A DNA stretch of 62,568 nt from Lysobacter sp. (GTDB taxonomy: Bacteria > Pseudomonadota > Gammaproteobacteria > Xanthomonadales > Xanthomonadaceae). The position numbers and the translations under genes were made by a program. Numbering within the stretch: position 1 is the first letter of the stretch; every line of letters starts with the position of its first letter. This document shows positions 51,821 through 62,568 of the stretch, piece after piece. The stretch spans positions 1-62,568 of the forward strand of contig DATDBD010000149.1 in assembly GCA_036525015.1 (NCBI GenBank), in the 5' to 3' direction. Below the pieces are notes generated by a model. It was not told where the DNA came from. It was given only the letters and a program-made list of their open reading frames with translations, and did not search any database.

Positions 51821-53800
51821 TCAGAGGTTGCGTTCGACCACGTTGATCCTGACGCGCTTGCGCATGGCCTTGACGAAGGCATCCGCATCGTCCGAGCCGC
51901 CGATCTGCGCGACCTGCTGCATCAGCATCTGGCGCTGACCCGGCGGCATCGTGTTGACGTCGCCCGGGGTGACCTTGTTCACCGTGAACAGCACGATATC
52001 GCCGCGGCTGAGCACGGCCATGCCCGGCGACGTCTTGCCTGCGGCCGGCGCTGGCACGGAGAAGAACGCGTCCGGCTGCGAGGGTTCCGGCACCGGCGCG
52101 CCACGCGGCACGTTACCCAGCGCCTGCGGCGGCGGCAGTTGCTTCGAAGCCGCCAGGGCTTCCAGCGTCTCGCCGCTGCGCAGACGGGCCAGCAGCGTTT
52201 CGGCTTCCTTGGTCGCGGCCTTGCGGGTACGGTCGGCGTGGATCGCAGCCGTCACCTTCTCGCGCACCTGCGCCAGTGGCAATGCGCGTTCGGCAGCGTG
52301 CGCGACGACGCGGATCATGACGCTATGGCCAGGCGCGATCTCGATCGGATCGCTGACCGTGCCGTCCTCGATCAGCGAGTCGGAAAACGCCGCGCGCAAC
52401 ACCGCCGGAGTGGCGGCGATGCCGGGCGCGCCAGTGCGGGCGAACGGTCCCAGCTTCTGCACGGGAAGGTTCACTTCGCGCGCGGCCGGAGCCAGCGAGG
52501 ACGGGTTCTTGTAGACCTGGTCGACCAGGCGGCTCGACACGTCGTTGAAGGCGCGCTCGCGATCGGCCTCGGCCTGCTCGCGGGCCAGCGCTTCGCGGGC
52601 CTGCTCGAAGGTCTGCTGGCTGCCGCTCTTCACCTCGCGCAGCTGGATGACGTGCCAGCCGAAATCGGACTTGACCGGCGCACTGATCTCGCCCGCGTTC
52701 ATCGCGAACAGGGCGCTCTCGAACGGCCCGACCATCATGCCCTTGCTGACCCAGCCCAGGTCGCCACCGGCGGACTTGGATCCGGTGTCGTCGCTGTTGG
52801 CCTTGGCCAGTACCGCAAAATCGGCTCCCGGCGCCTTGGCCTGCGCGGCCAGTTGCGCGGCTTTCTGCTCGGCGGCCTTCTGCGCAGCGGCGTTGGCGCC
52901 TTCCTCGACACGCACGAGGATGTGCGACGCCAGCCGCTCTTCCTGTGCGATGAAGCGGGCCTGTTCCTTCTCGTAGCGCTGCCGCAGCGTCGCCTCGTCG
53001 GCGGGCGGCGGAGGCGGCATGACGGCACTGTTGAGCTCGACGTACTCGATCGACACCGTCTCGGGTGCGCGATAGTCCGCCACATGGCTGTCGTACCACT
53101 GCTTGATCTGTGCGTCGCTGACCGGTGCGGTGTCGACTGCAGTCGCAGGCAGGGTCAGCATCGTGACGTCGCGCTGCTCGCCCATCAGCCTGATCAGGCG
53201 GTCCATCTCGCCGGCCGTGACGAAGTTGCTCGATGCGATACCGGTGGGCACCAGAGCCTGCTGCAGGCCTTCGCGCACCAGCTTTTCGAAGTTCCGTGGC
53301 GACTGCGCCGGCACCTGCGAGGCCAGCGCCAACTGGTAACGCTTGGGATCGAACTTGCCGTCCACCTGGAATGCGGGAACGTCCTGGATAGTCCGGACCA
53401 CCATCGCATCGCTGACCCGCAGACCGCCGCTCCGGGCCGCCATCTGCTGGATGCGCTGGTCGATCAGGAGATCCAGGATCGCGCGCTTGTTCTCCACGCT
53501 TTCGAACGCGCGGGCGTCGAACGCCTCGCCCTGCTGCCCACGGGCGCGCTGGCGCTCCTGTTCGAAGCGGGCGCGGAATTCGTCGGTCTCGATCTTGTCG
53601 TGCGACCAGAACACGGACACCGGCCACCAGGCAGGTGCCGACGACCACCACGACGGGGGCGCCGTGATGCTCGCCACCGAGGTGTCGGTACGCTGACCGA
53701 GATACTGCTCGATGCCGACGAAGGCAAAGGGAACGATCAGCAGGCCCAGGATCACCGTGGCGATCCAGCCCGAGGTCTTGTCGCGAAGTTTCTGCAGCAT
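51821..53800 (-). CDS. ppiD: Periplasmic chaperone/PPIase PpiD
   Basis: MLQKLRD + TM, SurA-N domain, parvulin motifs ASHILV, GGDLGW, FGWHVI; downstream of hupB. Confidence 0.92.
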   Translation of the reverse strand: MLQKLRDKTSGWIATVILGLLIVPFAFVGIEQYLGQRTDTSVASITAPPSWWSSAPAWWPVSVFWSHDKIETDEFRARFEQERQRARGQQGEAFDARAFESVENKRAILDLLIDQRIQQMAARSGGLRVSDAMVVRTIQDVPAFQVDGKFDPKRYQLALASQVPAQSPRNFEKLVREGLQQALVPTGIASSNFVTAGEMDRLIRLMGEQRDVTMLTLPATAVDTAPVSDAQIKQWYDSHVADYRAPETVSIEYVELNSAVMPPPPPADEATLRQRYEKEQARFIAQEERLASHILVRVEEGANAAAQKAAEQKAAQLAAQAKAPGADFAVLAKANSDDTGSKSAGGDLGWVSKGMMVGPFESALFAMNAGEISAPVKSDFGWHVIQLREVKSGSQQTFEQAREALAREQAEADRERAFNDVSSRLVDQVYKNPSSLAPAAREVNLPVQKLGPFARTGAPGIAATPAVLRAAFSDSLIEDGTVSDPIEIAPGHSVMIRVVAHAAERALPLAQVREKVTAAIHADRTRKAATKEAETLLARLRSGETLEALAASKQLPPPQALGNVPRGAPVPEPSQPDAFFSVPAPAAGKTSPGMAVLSRGDIVLFTVNKVTPGDVNTMPPGQRQMLMQQVAQIGGSDDADAFVKAMRKRVRINVVERNL

Positions 53801-53933
53801 GTCCGAAAGACGCGTCGATTCGAAGCCGGACAGTGTACGCGCTTCCGCGGGACCGTTGTCGCCGGGACGGTGGCAGAAAACAGGGCCAGTGAGTAGCCTT
53901 GGCCGCCCGGAAAAGAGAGCCAGGGGTCCGGGC

Positions 53934-53962
53934 AAAAAGAAAGGCGCCGTTGCCGGCGCCTT
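53934..53962 (-). terminator. Terminator after the distal tRNA-Asp
   Basis: AAGGCGCCG stem followed by a T-rich tail on the minus strand. Confidence 0.65.
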
Positions 53963-53971
53963 CGAAAAAAG

Positions 53972-54048
53972 TGGCGGAGTGGACGGGACTCGAACCCGCG
54001 ACCTCCGGCGTGACAGGCCAGCATTCTAACCGACTGAACTACCACTCC
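53972..54048 (-). tRNA. tRNA-Asp(GTC)
   Basis: GGAGTGG stem, CTGTCAC anticodon loop, CCA; 77 nt. Confidence 0.96.
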
Positions 54049-54115
54049 GCGCTTTAAACTATTGGCATCGAATCCGGCCACGCGGCCAATTCGGCGCCCT
54101 CATCTATTGGAAAAC

Positions 54116-54139
54116 AAAGGCGCCGTTTCCGGCGCCTTT
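54116..54139 (-). terminator. Hairpin after the proximal tRNA-Asp
   Basis: AAAGGCGCCG stem, near-identical to 53941-53962. Confidence 0.55.
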
Positions 54140-54147
54140 GGCGAAAC

Positions 54148-54224
54148 TGGCGGAGTGGACGGGACTCGAACCCGCGACCTCCGGCGTGACAGGCCAGCAT
54201 TCTAACCGACTGAACTACCACTCC
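54148..54224 (-). tRNA. tRNA-Asp(GTC)
   Basis: Identical to 53972-54048. Confidence 0.96.
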
Positions 54225-54263
54225 GCGCTTTGAAACTTTTCAAACAACCCACTGGGTGCTTGA

Positions 54264-54338
54264 TGGTGGGTGCTGAGGGTTTCGAACCCCCGACCCTCTC
54301 CGTGTAAAGGAGACGCTCTACCGCTGAGCTAAGCACCC
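54264..54338 (-). tRNA. tRNA-Val(TAC)
   Basis: GGGTGCT stem, TCTCC-TTTACAC-GGAGA anticodon arm, CCA. Confidence 0.95.
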
Positions 54339-54403
54339 GTTTGTTGCGGTGCCTCTGCCGATTCCCCGAAGGTCTGAACCCCAAGGCCTCGGCGGCGAGT
54401 CGC

Positions 54404-54676
54404 TTAGTTTACGGCATCCTTCAGCGCCTTGCCAGCCTTGAACGCCGGATTCTTCGAGGCCTTGATCTTGATGGTGTCGCCGGTCTTCGGGTTGCGGCCC
54501 TGGCGTGCGGCGCGCTTGCGGACCTGGAACGTACCGAAGCCCACCAGCGTGACGGTGTCGCCCTTCTTCAGCGCCTTGGTGATCGTGCTGATCACAGCAT
54601 CCACCGCATTGGCAGCGTCGGTCTTCGACAGCTCTGCGGCTTCGGCGACGGCAGCAACAAAATCGGCCTTATTCAT
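54404..54676 (-). CDS. hupB: DNA-binding protein HU
   Basis: [37 protein letters not shown]; downstream of lon. Confidence 0.95.
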   Translation of the reverse strand: MNKADFVAAVAEAAELSKTDAANAVDAVISTITKALKKGDTVTLVGFGTFQVRKRAARQGRNPKTGDTIKIKASKNPAFKAGKALKDAVN

Positions 54677-54907
54677 TCGTATTGACTCCATGTGCGGATG
54701 GTTACCGCGGTTCTGAGAATCGGACGCACCTGCGCGTTCGCATGGCGTTCCGATCGACCTTGCCGCGCTGGCACGAATCATGATTCGGCAGCGCGGTCGC
54801 GGTCGTTATACCAGTGGCATTTTTTAGGCGCAAGCCGGAAAGCTAGTAATGACGGGCCTTTCAGCCGCTTGCGTTACTTTGTGCGCCTGCTTCAGACGAG
54901 GTTGTGG

Positions 54908-57334
<2,427 letters not shown>

Positions 57335-57408
57335 GGGGGATGCTCCGGAAAACGGTGGTCGGGCCCCGGGGCCCGGAAGGCGTGGGCGCTGGACCCATGG
57401 CGTCGGTT

Positions 57409-57435
57409 ATGGGGTCCGGCGCGAAAGGATGCAAG
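57409..57435 (-). promoter_or_regulatory. sigma32 (heat-shock) promoter of lon
   Basis: CTTGCA-N15-CCCCAT, close to the RpoH consensus CTTGAA-N13-17-CCCCAT. Confidence 0.7.
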
Positions 57436-57497
57436 CGACTGTCGTGCAAAGTGCGCGGCGCAGCCCTTTCCGACCAACGAAATCAGCCACTTGAAAC

Positions 57498-57527
57498 AAA
57501 AACGGGCCGCCTTCGCAGGCGGCCCGT
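57498..57527 (-). terminator. Terminator after clpX
   Basis: ACGGGCCGCCT stem with TTTT tail on the minus strand. Confidence 0.75.
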
Positions 57528-57553
57528 GAGGGGCTGTTCAGGTTGCGCGCGGA

Positions 57554-58843
57554 TCACTCCGCGGAAGCGACCTTCGGCGTCGCCGGGGGCGTCTGGTAGA
57601 TCAGGTAGGGCTCGGTCTTGTGGTCGATCACCGACTCATCAACGACCACCTTGCTGACGTTCTCCAGCGAGGGCAGCTCGTACATCGTGTCCAGCAGCAC
57701 AGCCTCGACGATCGTGCGCAGTCCGCGCGCGCCGGTCTTGCGCTTGAGCGCCTTGCGGGCGATGGCGGCCAGCGCGTCCTGGCGGAACTCCAGTTCGACG
57801 CCCTCCATCTCGAACAGCTTCTTGAACTGCTTGGTGATGGCGTTCTTCGGCTCGGTGAGGATCCTGATCAGGGCGGGCTCGTCGAGCTCCTCGAGCGTGG
57901 CGACCACCGGCAGGCGGCCAACGAACTCGGGGATCAGGCCGAACTTGATCAGGTCCTCCGGCTCGACTTCTGCCAGCACCTTGCCCACGTCGCTCTTGCG
58001 CTCGCTGCTCTTGACCTTGGCGCCAAAACCAATCCCGCCGGCCTCGGTGCTGCGCTGCTGGATGATCTTCTCCAGGCCTGCAAACGCGCCTCCGACGACG
58101 AACAGGATGTTGCGGGTATCGACCTGCAGGAATTCCTGCTGCGGGTGCTTGCGACCGCCCTGCGGCGGCACGCTGGCGACGGTGCCTTCGATCAGCTTCA
58201 GCAGCGCCTGCTGCACGCCTTCGCCGGATACGTCGCGGGTGATCGACGGGTTGTCGCTCTTGCGCGAGATCTTGTCGATCTCGTCGATATAGACGATGCC
58301 TTGCTGCGCCTTCTCGACGTCGTAGTCGCACTTCTGCAGCAGCTTCTGGATGATGTTTTCCACGTCCTCGCCGACATAGCCGGCTTCGGTCAGCGTGGTG
58401 GCATCAGCCATCGTGAAGGGCACGTTGAGCAGGCGCGCCAGCGTCTCGGCCAGCAGCGTCTTGCCCGAACCGGTCGGGCCGACCAGCAGGATGTTCGACT
58501 TCGCCAGTTCGACGTCGTCGTTCTTCTGCCGGCTCTCGATGCGCTTGTAGTGGTTGTATACGGCGACCGCGAGCGTGCGCTTGGCGCGCTGCTGGCCGAT
58601 CACGTACTGATCCAGCACCTCGAGGATCTCGCGCGGCTTGGGCAGGTGGCTGCGGGCCGACTGCGCCTTCTCCTCGAGCTCCTCACGGATGATGTCGTTG
58701 CACAGCTCGACGCACTCGTCGCAGATGAAGACGCTTGGGCCCGCGATCAGCTTGCGGACCTCGTGCTGGCTCTTCCCGCAGAACGAGCAGTAGAGAATCT
58801 TGTTGCTGTCGCCGGTACTGCGGCCCTGTCGGTCGTCGCTCAT
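57554..58843 (-). CDS. clpX: ATP-dependent Clp protease ATP-binding subunit
   Basis: CSFCGK..CDEC zinc domain, [20 protein letters not shown] loop. Confidence 0.98.
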   Translation of the reverse strand: MSDDRQGRSTGDSNKILYCSFCGKSQHEVRKLIAGPSVFICDECVELCNDIIREELEEKAQSARSHLPKPREILEVLDQYVIGQQRAKRTLAVAVYNHYKRIESRQKNDDVELAKSNILLVGPTGSGKTLLAETLARLLNVPFTMADATTLTEAGYVGEDVENIIQKLLQKCDYDVEKAQQGIVYIDEIDKISRKSDNPSITRDVSGEGVQQALLKLIEGTVASVPPQGGRKHPQQEFLQVDTRNILFVVGGAFAGLEKIIQQRSTEAGGIGFGAKVKSSERKSDVGKVLAEVEPEDLIKFGLIPEFVGRLPVVATLEELDEPALIRILTEPKNAITKQFKKLFEMEGVELEFRQDALAAIARKALKRKTGARGLRTIVEAVLLDTMYELPSLENVSKVVVDESVIDHKTEPYLIYQTPPATPKVASAE

Positions 58844-58992
58844 GCTTGTGCCCAAATGGTGCTGGTGTCGCGAACACGTGAAAAATCGCGTTCAGGTGCT
58901 GCGACCCGAGAATAACACAGCGATCCGGCCTGTCCTGCAGACCGGATGCCGATCAATACTTTCTTTATTTTCAATGAGTTAGACAGATCAGT

Positions 58993-59619
58993 TCAGACCG
59001 ACTGGATGGAATCTTCCGGGCGGCGTTCCAGGACCTGGTCGACCAGGCCGTACTCGCGTGCCGCCTCGGCGCTCTTGAAGTTGTCGCGCTCGGTGTCCCG
59101 GGCGATCGTCTCCAGCGCCTGGCCGGTGTGCTTGGACAGCACTTCGTTGAGGCGCTGGCGCAGGGTCAGGATCTCGCGGGCGTGGATGTCGATATCCGTG
59201 GCCTGGCCCTGGAAGCCGCCCAGCGGCTGGTGGATCATCACGCGCGAGTTGGGCAATGCGTAGCGCTTGCCCTTGGCGCCGGCAGCCAGCAGCAGCGCGC
59301 CCATCGAGGCGGCCTGGCCGACGCAGATCGTGCTCACGTCCGGCTTGATGTATTGCATGGTGTCGTAGACCGCCATGCCGGCGGTGACGATGCCGCCTGG
59401 CGAGTTGATGTACAGGCTGATGTCCTTCTCGGGGTTTTCAGCCTCGAGGAACAGCATTTGCGCCACGATCACGTTGGCGACGTGGTCGTCGATAGGCCCC
59501 ACCAGGAAGATCACCCGCTCCTTCAACAGGCGCGAATAGATGTCATAGGCGCGCTCGCCACGGCTGGTCTGTTCGACCACCATCGGCACGAGGTTCAGGG
59601 CTTGGGTTCGGTTGTCCAT
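58993..59619 (-). CDS. clpP: Clp protease proteolytic subunit
   Basis: [31 protein letters not shown]. Confidence 0.97.
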   Translation of the reverse strand: MDNRTQALNLVPMVVEQTSRGERAYDIYSRLLKERVIFLVGPIDDHVANVIVAQMLFLEAENPEKDISLYINSPGGIVTAGMAVYDTMQYIKPDVSTICVGQAASMGALLLAAGAKGKRYALPNSRVMIHQPLGGFQGQATDIDIHAREILTLRQRLNEVLSKHTGQALETIARDTERDNFKSAEAAREYGLVDQVLERRPEDSIQSV

Positions 59620-59673
59620 CGGGCGGCACCTGGAAACTGTCTGGGCGCTGGCAACCAGCGCGGTCCGCTCAAA

Positions 59674-59700
59674 TTGGGGCCATCCGCGCCGGAGCGCAAG
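59674..59700 (-). promoter_or_regulatory. Putative sigma32 promoter of clpP
   Basis: CTTGCG-N15-CCCCAA. Confidence 0.5.
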
Positions 59701-59752
59701 GGGCGGACGGCTAGTCATGCACCGCCGTTGCCGGCGGTGCATCTGGCGACGC

Positions 59753-61054
59753 TTACTGGCGAATCGCCTCGTTGAACGACAGCGGCTGCTCGGTGTGCTG
59801 GGCGCGCTCGGCGATCCAGTCGATCACCTGCTCTTCCATCACGCGGGCCTGCAGGCCGGACATCAGCTGCTGGTCGTTGCGATACAGCTCGATTACCTGC
59901 TGCGGCTCTTCGTAGGTCGAAGCGATCAGATTGAGGGTCTCGGTGACGCGGCGCGGGTCCAGCGTCAACTGGTTGCGACGCGCGATCTCGCCGACCAGCA
60001 GGCCGACCAGCACGCGCTTGCGGGCCGGATCCATGAAGCCCTGATGCGCGTCGGCCGGGATCTCGCCGATCGCACGACCCTGGCGACGGGCCTGCTCGAT
60101 GGTCTGGCGGGCCATGTCGCGGGCCTCGTTCTCGACCAGCCGAGGCGGCATTTCCACGCTCGAGTAAGAGGCGATCAGTTGCTCGCCGACCTCGCGACGC
60201 AGACGGGTCATCAGCGCGCCCTTCAGCTCGCGCTCGAGGTTGCTGCGGATGTCCGCACGGAACTGCTCGGCATCGCCGCTGCGCACGCCGAAGCTCTTGA
60301 TGAAGGCGGCGTCGACTTCCGGCAGCACCGGCTCGGACACCTTGTTGGCCTTCAGGTGCACCTGCACCTTGCGGCCGGCGAACTGCGGCACGCGCCAATC
60401 GGCCGGGAATTCGATCTCGACCTGCTTCTCCTCGCCGGACTTCATGCCGACCAGGGCGGACTCGATCGCCGGGAACATCGCGCCGGAACCAATCGCGGTG
60501 GCACCGCGCTCGACGCCTTCCGCCGGCAGGCGCTCTTCACCGACCTGCGACCAGGTCTCGATTTCGACCGCATCGCCCGTGGCCGCCTCACGCTCCACCG
60601 GGTTCCAGGTGCGGCGCTGCAGGCGCAGGTTATCGATCATCGCGTCGATGTCGGCATCACCGACTTCGGAGGTGTTGCGGATCACGTTGAGCTTGGCAAC
60701 GTCGATGTCGCCGAAGTCCGGCACCACCTCGAAGGTGGCCACGTACGCCAGCTCGCCTTCCGATGCCGACACCGGCTCGATCTGCGGGCTGCCGGCGATG
60801 TGCAGCGATTCCTGGCGCACGGCATTGGTGAAGCCTTCGCGCAGCAGGCCGTCCAGCACTTCGGCGCGGACCTGCGGGCCGAAGCGCTGCTCGATGACCT
60901 TGGCCGGCACCTTGCCAGGGCGGAACCCCTTGATCTTGGCGCCGCGCGCGATCTCGCGCAGGCGGCCGCCGACGACGGCTTCCAGGCGATCCGCCGGGAG
61001 GCGGAAGGTCATACGGCGTTCGAGGTTACCGAGCGATTCGACCGAAACTTGCAT
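59753..61054 (-). CDS. tig: Trigger factor
   Basis: [16 protein letters not shown] ribosome-binding motif; AGGAG RBS. Confidence 0.96.
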   Translation of the reverse strand: MQVSVESLGNLERRMTFRLPADRLEAVVGGRLREIARGAKIKGFRPGKVPAKVIEQRFGPQVRAEVLDGLLREGFTNAVRQESLHIAGSPQIEPVSASEGELAYVATFEVVPDFGDIDVAKLNVIRNTSEVGDADIDAMIDNLRLQRRTWNPVEREAATGDAVEIETWSQVGEERLPAEGVERGATAIGSGAMFPAIESALVGMKSGEEKQVEIEFPADWRVPQFAGRKVQVHLKANKVSEPVLPEVDAAFIKSFGVRSGDAEQFRADIRSNLERELKGALMTRLRREVGEQLIASYSSVEMPPRLVENEARDMARQTIEQARRQGRAIGEIPADAHQGFMDPARKRVLVGLLVGEIARRNQLTLDPRRVTETLNLIASTYEEPQQVIELYRNDQQLMSGLQARVMEEQVIDWIAERAQHTEQPLSFNEAIRQ

Positions 61055-61226
61055 ATCCACTCCTGCCACCACGGCATTCGGCCGCGGCACGATGTTTGAT
61101 TGACCTGTCAGACCGCAGGCCGGGCACGACGGATCGCCGCCGGCCAGCGGAACGCAATAGTTTCGCCGATTACGGCCCTGGCCGCCAGCGTCCGGGGCGA
61201 GGGAAACCGGGCCGCGGCGCGGCCGG

Positions 61227-61311
61227 TGGTGCGAAAGGAGGGACTCGAACCCTCACGGGGTTACCCGCTGGAACCTAAATCCAGTGCGTCTACCAATTCC
61301 GCCACTTTCGC
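61227..61311 (-). tRNA. tRNA-Leu(TAG)
   Basis: GCGAAAG stem, CTGGA-TTTAGGT-TCCAG anticodon arm, variable arm, CCA. Confidence 0.95.
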
Positions 61312-61359
61312 AAGCCCAGACATCGTTGCGCCGGCATTCTAGTGCCGGCTCCGGAAAAG

Positions 61360-61389
61360 AAAAAAGCACCTGGCGGACCAGGTGCTTTT
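61360..61389 (-). terminator. Terminator after tRNA-Lys
   Basis: AAAAGCACCTGG/CCAGGTGCTTTT stem with T run. Confidence 0.7.
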
Positions 61390-61395
61390 CCGGAT

Positions 61396-61471
61396 TGGTG
61401 GGCCGTCAAGGATTCGAACCTTGGACCTATTGATTAAGAGTCAACTGCTCTACCAACTGAGCTAACGGCCC
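61396..61471 (-). tRNA. tRNA-Lys(CTT)
   Basis: GGGCCGT stem, CTCTTAA anticodon loop, CCA; 76 nt. Confidence 0.95.
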
Positions 61472-61488
61472 GGAACAACAGAAGCGAA

Positions 61489-61517
61489 ACTATAACAATA
61501 AAAAATAATTTCGCCAA
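61489..61517 (-). promoter_or_regulatory. sigma70 promoter for tRNA-Lys
   Basis: TTGGCG-N17-TATAGT with TGn extension in an AT-rich spacer. Confidence 0.65.
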
Positions 61518-61522
61518 CAATC

Positions 61523-61600
61523 TGGGGTGGCTGAGGGGACTCGAACCCCCGACATCTGGAATCACAATCCAGTACTCTAACCAACTGAGCTACAGCCACC
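61523..61600 (-). tRNA. tRNA-His(GTG)
   Basis: GGTGGCTG start including G-1, CTGGA-TTGTGAT-TCCAG anticodon arm, CCA. Confidence 0.95.
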
Positions 61601-61631
61601 ATAAAACGCAAAACTAGTATCGCAAAAGCTG

Positions 61632-61677
61632 TGGCGCGCCCGGCGGGACTCGAACCCACAACCACCGGCTTAGAAGG
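61632..61677 (-). pseudogene. 3' fragment of tRNA-Arg(TCT), integration attachment site
   Basis: CCTTCTAAGCCGGTGGTTGTGGGTTCGAGTCCCGCCGGGCGCGCCA; upstream DNA cannot form the 5' anticodon strand, D arm or acceptor strand. Confidence 0.88.
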
Positions 61678-61816
61678 TTGAACCATTCTGCCGATGCGTC
61701 AGGGACTTGGCTCCATTTAATTTCAGGAGCAGCCTCCGCGAAACCCGCGCCACCATGCGATGGGCCGGCTATTTTTCAGGAGATGCGGGCAATATGCAAG
61801 CCCGATTGACGCGGGG

Positions 61817-62062
61817 TCAGCCGCGGGGCGGGTATGGATCCGCGCCATAGGTTCGTTCATCACGCCATTGGCTGCCCAATGCCTGGATGCGAACGCCCGT
61901 CAGTCGCCCCGCCTTCTGGTGCTCAGTCTCGGCAGCCCACGCGGCGGCATCGATCGCCTCTGCCTGAGTGTCATAGAGGTAGCGCTCGCCAGTTGGCTGG
62001 CGCTCGAACTTGATCTCCCACCGATTCCCCGCGGTGACGACGTAGTAATAGAGCCTTGCCAT
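61817..62062 (-). CDS. DUF2188-family small protein
   Basis: 81 aa: YYVV..GNRWEIK..YDTQAEAIDAA..GQ/SQWRDERTYGADPYPPRG pattern; GGGAGG RBS. Confidence 0.82.
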   Translation of the reverse strand: MARLYYYVVTAGNRWEIKFERQPTGERYLYDTQAEAIDAAAWAAETEHQKAGRLTGVRIQALGSQWRDERTYGADPYPPRG

Positions 62063-62149
62063 CCCACCCTCCCTGTTTGCCTCATGGCAACGGGAATCTA
62101 CCCCGGATCGGATTACGCTTGTCGGCAGCTCCGACCCCAAAGATGCGCC

Positions 62150-62568
62150 ATGGCAACCCGCGAAACCGAGACCAACCGCTTCCACGGGCTTTCCCTCGGC
62201 GCCTTGTACGAAGCCTGTCAGACTCGGGCCTCCACCCTCCTCGGCCTCGACAAGGGCCGGTCGACGCAAGAGCGCGCCAACCTGGCCAAGGACACCGCCC
62301 ATCTGCTGTTGGCTGTGGCCCCAACGCTGGCCAGCGGCGAACACGTGCCGGGCACGCCTTCTCAAGCGATCCTGCAAGGCTCTGAAGACTTTCTCCCCGC
62401 CTTCCTCACCTCCCACGAGATTGAACTCAGGCAGGTCCGCTATCGGACGCTGGTGGCCGCCTCGGATCTGGCTTATGGCGGCGACGCCGAGCAGTGGCGC
62501 CGCGACGCAACGATCGACGGCCAGCGGGTCTACGGCCTGGCCATGGGCAGCGAGGAAGGGCTCGCGCT
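62150..62568 (+). CDS. Hypothetical protein, 3'-truncated by the window edge
   Basis: Open frame from ATG 62150 to the end (MATRETETNRFHG...AYGGDAEQWRRDATIDGQRVYGLAMGSEEGLA), mostly G/C third positions. Confidence 0.6.
   Translation, partial: MATRETETNRFHGLSLGALYEACQTRASTLLGLDKGRSTQERANLAKDTAHLLLAVAPTLASGEHVPGTPSQAILQGSEDFLPAFLTSHEIELRQVRYRTLVAASDLAYGGDAEQWRRDATIDGQRVYGLAMGSEEGLA

Larger units (their letters stand above)
61632..62568. mobile_element. Edge of a prophage or genomic island integrated in tRNA-Arg(TCT); continues beyond the window
   Basis: Displaced tRNA 3' half followed by non-core small genes; no integrase visible in the window. Confidence 0.75.

Noticed and set aside
61632-61710. 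Intact tRNA-Arg(TCT)
   Set aside because: The 5' half (acceptor strand, D arm, 5' anticodon strand) is absent.
62056-62416. Track ORFs 62056-62385 (+), 62082-62324 (-) and the N-terminal extension of 61817-62416 (-)
   Set aside because: Pro/Arg/Gly-rich shadow translations; the DUF2188 start at 62062 has a clear RBS and the frame from 62150 has more gene-like codon usage.

Overview
High-GC chromosomal segment of a Xanthomonadaceae/Lysobacter-like gammaproteobacterium. The taxon is inferred from gene order (rpoE-rseA-mucD with no rseB, rpmF-fabH with no plsX, kdkA/opsX, pilZ-holB-tmk) and from family-typical intergenic repeats. About 61.6 kb is core genome, in this order: rlmD; a ydbH/ydbL-like pair; a REC-HPt protein; rpoE-rseA-mucD-lepA-lepB-DUF4845-rnc-era-recO; a fadB/fadJ-type gene; yceD-rpmF-fabH-fabD-fabG-acpP-fabF-pabB-pabC-mltG-tmk-holB-pilZ; maf; GT39 divergent from moxR-DUF58-transglutaminase-slp; dnaX-ybaB-recR-hinT; tRNA-Ser and SRP RNA; kdkA-MBL-moaACDE-beta-propeller; opsX; tRNA-Ser; PP2C; yafS-rnhA-dnaQ; gloB-mltD-fabI; tig-clpP-clpX-lon-hupB-tRNA(Val,Asp,Asp)-ppiD; tRNA-Leu, -Lys and -His. 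The only clearly accessory DNA is the last ~0.9 kb. There, a 46-bp 3' fragment of tRNA-Arg(UCU), broken at the anticodon loop, marks the attachment junction of an integrated element that runs off the window. The visible part of the element carries a DUF2188 gene and a divergent unterminated ORF absent from the supplied track. No complete novel system can be demonstrated from this window alone. The best leads are the island edge, several putative leaderless genes, motif substitutions in Era and HinT, composite REP-like repeats and poorly characterised envelope operons. Many supplied ORF starts were trimmed using start/stop overlaps, RBS and family N-termini. All protein assignments come from motif recognition, not database searches.
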